A model generated the notes under the pieces. It was given only the letters and a program-made list of their open reading frames with translations, was not told where the DNA came from and did no database searches. Positions 52,945 to 64,000 of a stretch of 64,000 nt of DNA are shown piece after piece. The DNA lies in assembly GCF_006345805.1 (NCBI RefSeq), contig NC_042998.1:163122001-163186000 (forward strand), in the 5' to 3' direction. The first letter of the stretch is position 1, and each line of letters starts with the position of its first letter. Source of the stretch: Octopus sinensis. Its lineage: Eukaryota. The translations under genes were made by a program, and so were the position numbers.

Positions 52945-53430
52945 AATATGTTCCATAGTTCCAGAAAAGGTGACTGTTTCAGTATTGAACTCTGAATCGA
53001 TGTCACGCAAATTCACATATGCCATCCATATTATGAAAAACTTTGTACTTCTTTGTACTTCCTTGTGCTTGGCAGTCATATTGGCTCTACAGTCATATCC
53101 TTGACTTCTGCAATCTCCCTAGATCATGCTATTTTTACTCAGTAGTTCCTTTGTCAAGTTTGCAATCTCAGAACATGTTATTTCTCAAGTCTTCAAAAGA
53201 TACAAATTTCTCTTGAATCTTAAACCCACAGTTTATACTTTGAAGGGAACATATGATAAATGTTACATGTTCGACATGTGCAGAATTAGGTGTTGCATCA
53301 ACTGTTATTAAATAGTATTTTGCTTTTGATCTTTCAGAGAGTATGTGTTTCAAAACGAGATAGGAGCAAGGAGAAATAAATTCATTTTGTGATTCAGGTG
53401 ACAAATTATGTGCCTAGAATATTTTCTTGT
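52945..53430 (-). mobile_element. Decayed hAT transposase fragment (DUF4371-like region)
   Basis: ORF 53168..53404: SPESQNEFIS...KAKYYLITVDATPNSAHVEHVTFII...KIQEKFVSF, matching the S..IQNELI..YFSI..D.TPD.SH.EQ..ERFL.F pattern. Confidence 0.7.
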
Positions 53431-54932
53431 TTTTCCTGGTTTACTTTGAACTGCCCAACATAAGCTACAAAACAGAGGATCTCAATGAGGTAACCAGACT
53501 AATGAAGTTGTTATTGTGAACATCACAAATCAAATGACAGGTAATACAGGATGCTAACCTCCTTCCATAGAGAAAAAAGAAAGATAAAGTAAATTAGACA
53601 CTGTTTAATTTACATTCTTTTAAAATAGCAGACTAGTTCACCCCCTCTACTACATTTGCTTATGCAGAAAATGTCTTCGGCATCTGTTTGAAGGAATTCT
53701 TTATGAGAACCCTCTTCATGATACTAAGATACATAACTCAACTTATGCTAGTTACTACATTCAAATTCAGGAATTCTGTCTTATATTTTTTCCAGTTTTC
53801 TCTGGCAGACAATCCATTTTCTGTTGTCACAACCATTGTATTAATTCTGCCTTTTCCTATGTGTCAACATAGTAAACAAAATATGGTTTGTTTATTGACA
53901 CTTCACATTAACTAATTTCTCTCAGACATTCTATCTTTTTAATTACTGTGTTTAATGATGCCAAATGTAAAACATTGCTGTTAACTGTCACTTGAAAATG
54001 TTATGAGCAATGGAATATGTCTTTCTTGTGCTCACTTTCAATGTTTTCTGCACTTTTTTGTATCAAATCCGAAGTATGCCACATGCCACTCCTTTAGCAT
54101 GTGGTATAGAAGAAATTGTTTTGTTTCCAGTTTGCTCTTGAGCAGATGGTTCATTTCCTACTGATAAATATTCATCACCTTTTTGAAAATAACACCTATA
54201 TCTAATTATGATTACCTACGTGTTTTTGTTCATCTTTTGTTTTCTTTTCATTTAGCTTTTGAGGTGCAAATGACTGCTCTGCCTTCTAACCACCTATATT
54301 CTCCTCCAAGCTGGTTGTCAAACATCACACCACTATTCTGTCATTCCCTTATTCTTCTATTCTGAAGATCTGCTTGATCAGAGCCAGCTTACAAACACAT
54401 ATCAACACCAATATGATCACATCTCTCTTTACCCACCATCAACATATCCCATCACTAAATCCTCCCTCAATGACCATTAACATGTGCCAATGAGTAGTAC
54501 CGCTAAAAATAACACCCTAAACCCTTCAGATCACTCCCAATCGTTTTGAAAAAATATACATTGGAAACTCTGATCCTAGGTTCTCTGTACAGTGGACAAA
54601 GACAGAATGATCATAGCACAGAAATCTTTTGATAATATATTTGCTCAATCAGAACTGACTTGGAGCTAAGCAACATCAATAACAACAACAACAACCACTA
54701 TTACCATTACTGTTACTACTACACACAGTGAGGTAGCCTCTATGAAATTACTCACCATACTTGAAATAACAACTCAAATTCCCTTGTTCAATTCACACCC
54801 TATCGTCTTAAGAACAAAGGAACATCGCACTGGATAAAGCAGTCCTTAGATATACCAAATGATGGGTTTGCCATCGCTTGAGCCTTTTTATATATGATCA
54901 CAGGTCTGTTTGTTCAAGGGCTGACTTAAAGC

Positions 54933-54965
<33 letters not shown>

Positions 54966-55106
54966 CAACAACTAGATCATTCCTTCAATGTCCATCAAAC
55001 CACTGCAAAACATCACCATGACGCTACCACCCAATCACCAATCATCCATTCCAGTAATCGCACCCACATTTCACTTTGTATGATCTTCTTCCCCCTCCCT
55101 ATCACC

Positions 55107-55114
55107 TACTACTA

Positions 55115-55161
<47 letters not shown>

Positions 55162-55165
55162 ACTA

Positions 55166-55248
<83 letters not shown>

Positions 55249-55271
55249 GTTGCTACTACTACTACTACTAC

Positions 55272-55314
<43 letters not shown>

Positions 55315-55322
55315 GCTGCTGC
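55107..55322. repeat. Compound (CTA)n/(CTG)n microsatellite
   Basis: Directly visible. Confidence 0.95.
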
Positions 55323-55681
55323 TACTTTGCACTAAGTATCATTGATCTGATGTAATCCATTTGGTGGATTAGTTCATTTGGAATTTGTTCAGTAGCTGAT
55401 GATGAAGTCAAGAACTACTTCTTCTACAGTGCCTACATCTCAGGGGTGTGTATGAATATTTGCTAGTGTGTGTGTGTGTGTGTATGTGTGTGTGAGTGAG
55501 AGAGAGAGAGACTCAATTTATATTGACACATTAAAGTCAGACAATATTTAGTAAAAAAATCACTGAGAATTTGCAAACATACATACATACATACATGTAT
55601 GCCTATATGCACATATACATACACACATATATGTATGCATATATGCATATATATATACATATGTGTATATTGTATAAGTAG

Positions 55682-55713
<32 letters not shown>

Positions 55714-55752
55714 CACATTTATGTGTGTACATACATATATACATACATACAT

Positions 55753-55817
<65 letters not shown>

Positions 55818-56074
55818 TACATACATATACATATATATATATATATAATTAATCAATATAGGGTGGCAAAAAAATTTCGTAGAATTTATTTGCCACCAGC
55901 GGCCTAGTGGGAAAAAATTAAATAGTCATAGACCATTTATAAGTTCAACATCACAATCAAGGAATGGCCATAATAGGCCATTCACCCACTAGAAATAACA
56001 GCCAAAGCTTCAACCGCAAAATAACATTAATTCCGCAAACCAGGAGAAAATTAAAAAAAACATTTACCCTGTAA

Positions 56075-56179
56075 TTTCTTATACGATGCACCGTTTCATC
56101 TATTGTTTAATGGTAAACTAACCTGATTAAATTAAATCAAGCCAATCTTCCATAGGCCGATAGATTCATCAGTAAGAAA
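56075..56179 (-). ncRNA. Type I hammerhead ribozyme, copy 1 (predicted cleavage between 56082 and 56081)
   Basis: Minus strand tttctta-CTGATGA-atctat...atagat-GAAA-cggtgcatcg-TA-taagaaa; helix I 7 bp, helix II 6 bp, complete core. Confidence 0.9.
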
Positions 56180-56559
56180 CAGCCAGATCCGAGCAGATAT
56201 TATCACGAGGCACCTCTATCCCTGCCTCGGCAATATCTGACCTAAAATTTTCAAATCATCGCACTCGCGCCAAATTTATCGGCAGCAAATATAAGCCGCC
56301 GATTCCATTATGGAATTAACCAGAAAATTCATAATTAATCAATATAGGGTGGCAAAAAAATTTCGTAGAATTTATTTGCCACCAGCGGCCTAGTGGGAAA
56401 AAATTAAATAGTCATAGACCATTTATAAGTTCAACATCACAATCAAGGAATGGCCATAATAGGCCATTCACCCACTAGAAATAACAGCCAAAGCTTCAAC
56501 CGCAAAATAACATTAATTCCGCAAACCAGGAGAAAATTAAAAAAACATTTACCCTGTAA

Positions 56560-56664
56560 TTTCTTATACGATGCACCGTTTCATCTATTGTTTAATGGTA
56601 AACTAACCTGATTAAATTAAATCAAGCCAATCTTCCATAGGCCGATAGATTCGTCAGTAAGAAA
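56560..56664 (-). ncRNA. Type I hammerhead ribozyme, copy 2 (predicted cleavage between 56567 and 56566)
   Basis: Identical to copy 1 except the core reads CTGACGA. Confidence 0.9.
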
Positions 56665-57038
56665 CAGCCAGATCCGAGCAGATATTATCACGAGGCACCT
56701 CTATCCCTGCCTCGGCAATATCTGACCTAAAATTTTCAAATCATCGCACTCGCGCCAAATTTATCGGCAGCAAATATAAGCCGCCGATTCCATTATGGAA
56801 TTAACCAGAAAATTCATAATTAATCAATATAGGGTGGCAAAAAAATTTCGTAGAATTTATTTGCCACCAGCGGCCTAGTGGGAAAAAATTAAATAGTCAT
56901 AGACCATTTATAAGTTCAACATCACAATCAAGGAATGGCCATAATAGGCCATTCACCCACTAGAAATAACAGCCAAAGCTTCAACCGCAAAATAACATTA
57001 ATTCCGCAAACCAGGAGAAAATTAAAAAAACATTTACC

Positions 57039-57092
<54 letters not shown>

Positions 57093-57918
57093 GGAGAGAG
57101 AGATGTTTACATATGTATGTATACATAGATGTGTAAATATGTGTTTATGCCTGTGTGTACGCACACACATTCATGGTCACATATGTCTCCCCACCACCAC
57201 CACCACCACCACGTGCATAGTGGACAATTAAAACATAAACAATGGCAAACAACAATCAACTACGCAAAAATAATCTGTGCATATATGTGTGAGTATATAT
57301 ATATATATAAATGTGTGTGTATATGTGCCTGTGTGTATGTATGTATATGTATGTATGTATATGTGTGTGTATGCATGTATATGTATGCATATGTATGTAT
57401 GTATGTATATATATATATATATGCATGTGTGTATGTATGTGTATGTATATATATATATGTATGTGTATATATGTGTGTGTGTGTGTGTGTATATATATAT
57501 TTATGTATATGTGTGTGTGTGTATATATGTGTGTATATATATGTATATGTGTATGTATATATATATATGTACATATATGTAGGTATATGTATAATTCCAA
57601 TTTATATATGAATGTATATGTATGTATATATATGTATGTATATGTAATCATACACACACACATACACACACATGCATACACACATACACACACATGCACA
57701 CACACACCCCCACACACATACATACATACATACATACATACACATGAAGTCTGCATATGCATTCTTGTTTAAGTATACTAGTCTAGTATGATGTTGATAT
57801 GTGTGTGTGTGTGTATTTTACATTTAAATACAAACCACTGATTCATGTCTAATTTACCACATGGAGTGTGTAGTCAGCTGTTATATCAATGTTTTTCCTG
57901 TGTGTCTCCTCTTGACAG

Positions 57919-57988
57919 CATTATGGAACACTTACAAAAACGATTGCGTTCTGTACCAGAGCAGGTTCAATACCACCCAACACCAAAT
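57919..57988 (+). CDS. Candidate 70-nt internal exon, frame undetermined
   Basis: Acceptor ttttcctgtgtgtctcctcttgacag, donor gtaaga; all three frames open (e.g. LWNTYKNDCVLYQSRFNTTQHQ); product unidentified. Confidence 0.3.
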
Positions 57989-58029
57989 GTAAGAATATAT
58001 ACAAGCATACATTATTATGCATATCTTTT

Positions 58030-58960
58030 ATTTTTTTTACCTGTTTGAGTCATTGGTTCATGGCCATACTGTGGCTCTACCTTAAAAGGGCTTTAACTGA
58101 AATAGTACCTTCTTCTTTTTTTTAAACCTGGTAATTTTTCTGTGGGTCTCTTTTGCTAAACTCTATGTTACAGGGATGGAAACAAACTAACACCGATTGT
58201 TAGGTGGTGGTGGTGGTGGTGGTGGTGGTGGTGGGGGCGGCTGGGACAAGCACAAAGACACCCCCACCACCCACACATATAGGAGGAGACCCCCTTTGGT
58301 CATTCCGAGGCACAAGTCAGGGCACGATTGCTTGTGGAAGGCTAGCAGTCACCCATGCATACCAGCCTCCCCTCTCCACACCCCTGATGTTATCCAAGGG
58401 AAAGGTAAAGACTCATACACCTTGGCATTAGTGATGTTGCAACTCATTTCTACAGCTGAGTTAACTGGAGCAACGTGAAATAAAGTGTCTTGCTCAAGAA
58501 CACAACATGCAGCACAGTCTGGGATTCAAACTCATCAACCTCACGATCATAAGTTCCATGCTCTAACCACTGAGCCATGCATCTTCTCACACACACATAT
58601 ATATAACAGGCTTTTTTTCAGTCCACTAAATCCACTCATGAGACTTTGATTATCTTGGTGTTGTAGTAGAAGACACCTGCCCAAAGCGGCATGCTGATAG
58701 AAACATTAGCACACCGGGTGAAATGCTTAGTGGTATTTCATCTATCTTTACATTCTGAGTTCAACTTCCACTGAGATCAGCTTTGTCTTTCATCCTTTCG
58801 AGGTCGATAAATTAAGTACCATTTGCATACTGGGTCAATCTAATCGACTCGCCCCTCCCCCAAATTTTCAGGCCTTGTGCCTAGTGTAGAAAAGAAGACA
58901 CCTACCCAAAAGCCCACACATTGGGACTGAACCTAGAAACCATGTGGCTGACAAGCAAAT
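58030..58960 (-). mobile_element. Nested SINE cluster: family A split by family C (58262-58586, minus) and family B (58687-58892, plus)
   Basis: Family A segments are collinear across the inserts; family B is flanked by the imperfect direct repeat agaagacacct(g/a)cccaaa. Confidence 0.7.
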
Positions 58961-59129
58961 TTTTGCCTCCACTAATTTCTGAGCCTACATGTCATTGTTA
59001 TTGTTGTTCTTCTTGAGCCTCTGAACAGCTCTGACTGAGCTAAACCTTGACACCATATCTTTGAGTCTTGACAATCTTTTTTCTATTTTTTCATTGTATT
59101 TATATTTTATCTTATATCTCTTACAAAAG

Positions 59130-59420
59130 TTTTCTCATTAGACCATGGCCATGCCAAGACATTGCCTTTGAAGAGTTAGGTGAATGAATTACCTTTTTTA
59201 CAAGTCAGGTACTTATTTGTATAGGTCTCCTTTGCCACGCTGCTAAGTTATGGGGATATAAACAAACCAACAGCAGTAGGAAGACAAACACAAAGCCACA
59301 GACACACACACATTTATATGCATGATGGGCTTCCTCACAGTTTCAGTTTTCTTTCGATCACATTCACTCATAAGGCATTTGTTGGCCCAGGGCCTAATTA
59401 GAAGACACTTGCTCAAAGTG
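59130..59420 (-). mobile_element. Family A SINE, diverged
   Basis: Family A motif order. Confidence 0.55.
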
Positions 59421-59998
59421 CTATAATATATTTTTCCATATCTCCTCTTTTTTAAGGCAATTACATAGATATAGGCTGCCCTTTAGCAAAACATAGTACC
59501 CATTCAGCCACCCTACCAGGGATACTATGATGCCCTAGTGGATTCTGAAGAGGTAGTGGAAGAGCTCGACTGAGCCAACAGTGCTTCCTACATTGATGCT
59601 GAACAGAGGAATCCTAGATGATCAATGGTCAGGAACATCAAATTCTATCACGAGACTAACTGCAATGCCTCCATAAGGGTAGTGTCCATAGTTGTGTAAT
59701 CAGCTAATGAAAAATTCACTATGACACAAGCTCCCAATTCAAATTCATAATAACGGAATTGGTTGGCACCAGAGTCATGGGAATCCATGAAGGTGGTGAA
59801 AAAATGCATGTGATTTGAAGATTTGGATACTATTTCAAGCATGTTGATGAAGCATCTAAAGACTTCCTCAAGACCTAAATTATAAAACTATCAATAAAAG
59901 AAGTATCAATTAAACACTAGGGTTGAACTAAACACTTTAATGCTCTCTCTCTATATATATATAATGCTCGTATATATATATACATATACATATATTGA

Positions 59999-60060
<62 letters not shown>

Positions 60061-60374
60061 GTATGTATAATGGAACAAAAATGCAATAGAGGACAATAAA
60101 GCATTCGGACAGATAGACAATACAAAGGCGGACAGGAGAAACAACAATTAGAAGGACAGGGAAAAAAGACGGGTCATTCATGGCCTTCTTTCCTCAGTCA
60201 AGTTACCAGAAGTCCTTACGGTTTCGGGCAGTTATATTTGAGACAGTTCAATCTAATTGCCCCCAAAAAAGTCTGAGCTAAGAGCACTAGATTTTTCATA
60301 AGAAAACTGGCAAATGTGTATATATAAATATATATATATATATATTTGTATGTATGTATATATTTATGTGAGTG

Positions 60375-60570
60375 TTTTTGAGTCTGTGTTTGCCCCCACC
60401 ACCACCACCACCATTGCTTGACAACTGATATTTGTGTGTTTACATCCCCCATAACATAGCGGTTCAACAAAAGAAACCGATAGGATAAGTACCAGGCTTA
60501 CAAAGTAAAAGTCTTCGACCAAAAGACAGTGCTCCAGCATGGCCACAGTTAAATGACTGAAACATATAAA
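60375..60570 (+). mobile_element. Family A SINE tail half
   Basis: ccattgcttgacaactgat...gtgctccagcatggccacagttaaatgactgaaac. Confidence 0.6.
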
Positions 60571-61431
60571 AGAAGAAAAAAGAAAGGAACTTGAATATTC
60601 TAAAAACAATGTGTGTGATGTCATATAATTTCTCCTGATACATCTTTTATTGCCAAGTCATCTTTGCTTGCAAGATTTGCCTTTTATTTATCACAGGGTT
60701 TCTCAGCCACTTTTGATCTATGGCCCTCTTTAATTACTATTTTATTCTGGTGGGCCCCCATAGCCATTTGATATTTAAAACATTTTGTTTTTCACACATT
60801 CACTTGTGTAAGTTGAACTATGTAAAATGTTAACGAAAGAAACCTAGGTTGTTCTTGCAATACATACCAGTACATATACCTAAAGCAAAATTTTTTCAGG
60901 GTCCCTTAAAATACTATAGTGGATCCCCAATTTACTATTTTGTTGCATGGACTACCAAAAATCTTATATGGGCCCTCAGGTGCTATTTGGACCCCCAGGT
61001 GAGAATCACTGCATGTCATGAAGACCTTATCACTCAGGACATTTACCTCACATTGCCATGTCACTGTGACCTTTCGAAGAGGTTTGCCTTATATTGTCAT
61101 GTCATTGTGACTTTGATGGCCAGCACTGAGAGGAGTAGTTAAAACAACTCCCTTACATACTTCAGTTTGTTTACATTCCACTCTCGTAGTCTTTGATGTC
61201 TGATGTGTCTGGTTTCCTGCTTGGTTGACATAGATATCATCAACAACAACCATACCAAAACTGCAACCATCGCCTACCATTGTCATCACCATCAACACCA
61301 TCATCGCCTACATCTCTGCAGGAGCATTGATTATCATCTTTGACATCATCATCATCATCATCTTCACTATTACTCGAATTCATCAGAATATCTTCCATTC
61401 ACACATGCTCACAAGCACACACACCACACTC

Positions 61432-61507
<76 letters not shown>

Positions 61508-62147
61508 CCTATGTATCTCACTCACACACATCCATGTGTATATCTTCAATGTGAAAAACGTTACCTACTGTGTTCCTTCTTCTTTCCTCTTGACACTTTA
61601 GTACCACCTACATTGTATATACATACATGCACCACATTATATAAATAGGTGCAGACATGGCTGTGAGGTTAAGAGGCTTGCTTCTCAGCCACATGATTTC
61701 AGGTTCAGTTCCGCTGAGTTGTACCTTGGGCAGGTGTCTTCCACTATAGCCCAGAACACTTGTAAGCAAATTTTGCATACAGACACTGAAAGAAGCCCAT
61801 CATCGTCATCATCATCATTATCATCATTATCACCATCCTTTAATGTCTGTTTTCCATGCTGGCATGAGAGGGCTGGTAAGCCAGAGAGCTGCACCAGCTG
61901 ATTTAGCTTCGTTTCTATGGTTGGATGCCCTTCCTAACACCAAGAACAGACTTTAAATCGTCAAGTGACAATTTAAAGTCTGTTCTCAGCATATTGCCAT
62001 ATAAATAATTTTTCTTTTGCCCTTGCTTATAAGTTGTTTATAATTTTAACCTTTAAATGTATTTTAATATGTTGCCACTTTTGATGAAAGTTTTTTCTGA
62101 AAAAAATTTATCCTATGTTAGTAGTATATATATATATATATACATAT

Positions 62148-62541
62148 ACTCTTTTACTTTTTTCAGTCATTTGACTGTCATCATGCTGGAGCCTTTTGTC
62201 AAGCAAATCGACCACAGGACTTATTCTTTATAAGCCCAGTACTTATTCTATCAGTCTCTTTTGCTGAACTGCTAAATTACAGGGATGCAAACACACCAGC
62301 ATTGGTTGTCAAGCAATATTGGGGGAAAAAACACAGACACACAAGATATACACTCACATACACGCATACATATATATACAACAGGCTTCTTTCAGTTTCT
62401 GTCTACCAAATCCACTTACAAGGCTTTGGTCGGCCCGAGACTATAGTAGAAGACACTTACCCAAGTTGCCATGCAGAGGGACTGAACCCGGAACCATGTG
62501 GTTGGTAAGTAAGCTACTTACCACACAGCTACTCCTGCACC
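62148..62541 (-). mobile_element. Family A SINE, near full length
   Basis: tactcttttact...gggactgaacccggaaccatgtggttggtaagtaagctacttaccacacagctactcctgc. Confidence 0.8.
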
Positions 62542-62759
62542 TATATATATTCTTTGTAAAACACATAAATCCGAAAGAAGAAGCACACTCTAAGATGTAG
62601 AGCAATATATATTAAAAATAGGGAAGGCCAGTTTATGGGATTACCTTAGGTTTCCCGTCGATAAAGGGTTTAGCTTTGTGGTGTATTGTCATAAATCTAA
62701 ACCCTTTATGAACAGGAAACCTAAGGTAATCCCATAAACTAGCCTTCCCCATTTTTAAT

Positions 62760-62811
<52 letters not shown>

Positions 62812-62814
62812 ATA

Positions 62815-63165
62815 TATTACTTGTTTCAGTCATTGAAGAATTATAGTCAAATGAATTGACCCTAGTACTTATCATTTTTTTCTTTTAAGCTAATTTTATT
62901 AGTCTCCTTTACTGAACTGCAAAGTGACATGGACGTTTACACACCAACTCCAGTTGTCAAGCAATGGTGGGGAACAAATAGAGATGCAAAGATACCCATC
63001 ACACACACACATATACAACAGGCTTCCTTCAGTTTCTGTCTGCCACATCTATACACAAGGCTTTGGTCAGCCCAAGGCTGTAGTAGAAGACATTTGCCCA
63101 AGCTACCATGCAGTGGAACTGCACCTGAATCCATGTGGTTGAAAAGCAAACTTCTTACCACATGA
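62815..63165 (-). mobile_element. Family A SINE
   Basis: Family A motif order. Confidence 0.65.
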
Positions 63166-63496
63166 CCACACATCACATCTCCACACAGCTCTAAATTACT
63201 CCACATATTTTCATGCATAGCAAGAGACTCCAAATAGGAGGAATAAGTCCACAAAACTTGACAGGCACTTCTTCTTTACACTAACTGCACCAGAGAAAAT
63301 AGTTGCTTAGACATGTCTATGTGCAGTAATCTGCATGTTAACATTGCAGTGCATTGCACCGGCTATTTAGTTGCTTTTCATTAATAAACATTATCTGCAC
63401 GCTATGTAATGCAGCGTGCCAAGGATTTAGATACATTTACTTGATAGCAAAACAGGATTAGTTTTTGTCAAGACATGTGGCTTGTGGGGGGGGGGG

Positions 63497-63940
63497 GGTA
63501 GTGGTGGTGATGGTGGTATGGTGGCAGCAGCTTAGTAGTAGTAGTAGTAGTAGTCGTAGTAGTAGTCGTGGTGGTGGTGGTGGTGGTGGTGGTGCTGCTG
63601 CTGCTGCTGCTGTTGCTACTGGTCCTGGTAATAACAATTATTGTAGTAGTGGTTGTTGTTGTTGTTGTTGTGGTGGTGGTGGTAGTGGTGGTAGTAGTAG
63701 TAGTAGTAGTAATGGTTGTGGGAGAAGTAGGGTGGTGTTGGTGGCAGTGGTGGTGATGGTGGTAGTGGTTCTACTGCTAGCAATGGTTGTGGTTGTAATA
63801 ACAGTAGTTGTAGTAGTGAGCAAAGTAGTAGTAGTAGTGGTGGTGGTGGTTGTGGGCCCAGTAATGTGGTGGTGGTGGTGCTGGTGGTGCTGGTGGTGCT
63901 GGTGATCATCATTGTTGTGATCACAGTCGTGGTGGTCATA
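63497..63940. repeat. Compound trinucleotide microsatellite (GGT/GTA/GCT/GTT)
   Basis: Directly visible; source of the low-complexity ORFs. Confidence 0.9.
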
Positions 63941-64000
63941 ACTGTATTGGGAGATGAAGTGGTTCTGGAAGGGGATGAAAGTTGTGGTAATACTACAAGT

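Larger units (their letters stand above)
55845..57043 (-). mobile_element. Tandem array (2.47 x 485/486 bp) of a hammerhead-containing non-coding unit; candidate non-LTR retrozyme or PLE-derived repeat
   Basis: gggtggcaaa recurs at 55861, 56347 and 56832; copies 1 and 2 differ only by A8/A7 and one substitution; both flanks are (TA)n; no coding ORF; several internal hairpins. Confidence 0.85.

Noticed and set aside
55845-57043. Alternative readings of the tandem array as CRISPR, rDNA/5S or a coding repeat
   Set aside because: No repeat-spacer structure, no recognisable rRNA or snRNA sequence and no ORF of coding character
59500-59870. Coding-like composition and ORF 59648..59842
   Set aside because: Stops in all plausible frames and no motif recognised; probably an old TE fragment but unassignable
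60180-60310. TA-adjacent insert with gggcaatt...aactgccc-GAAA-ccg-TA-agga on the minus strand
   Set aside because: No CUGANGA at the correct position upstream of the stem; a possible relic but unsupported

Overview
AT-rich, microsatellite-saturated, mostly non-coding animal DNA. The SINE families and simple-repeat load point to an octopus genome (inference, not verified). No complete protein-coding gene can be supported. Nearly all ORF-track entries are microsatellite artefacts or decayed transposon fragments (mariner, hAT, RTE, CR1-like and Dong/R4-like LINEs); a few weak + strand exon candidates exist. The standout is a near-identical 2.47-copy tandem array of a 485/486-bp non-coding, hairpin-rich unit at 55845-57043, inserted in a (TA)n tract. 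The two complete units each carry an intact minus-strand type I hammerhead ribozyme (CUGANGA, helix II, GAAA, loopless self-complementary helix III, GUA cleavage site, 7-bp helix I). This is the architecture of a non-LTR retrozyme or Penelope-like-element (PLE) derived repeat, predicted to release a 485-nt RNA that could circularise. The only substitution seen between the two full copies is at the tolerant N7 core position, and the array's 5' boundary lies 8 nt from the cleavage site. Five further, unrelated-looking type I hammerhead motifs in varying states of decay and several foldbacks are scattered through the window, several beside (TA)n tracts. All alignments and folds were done by eye; SINE and TE-remnant boundaries are approximate.
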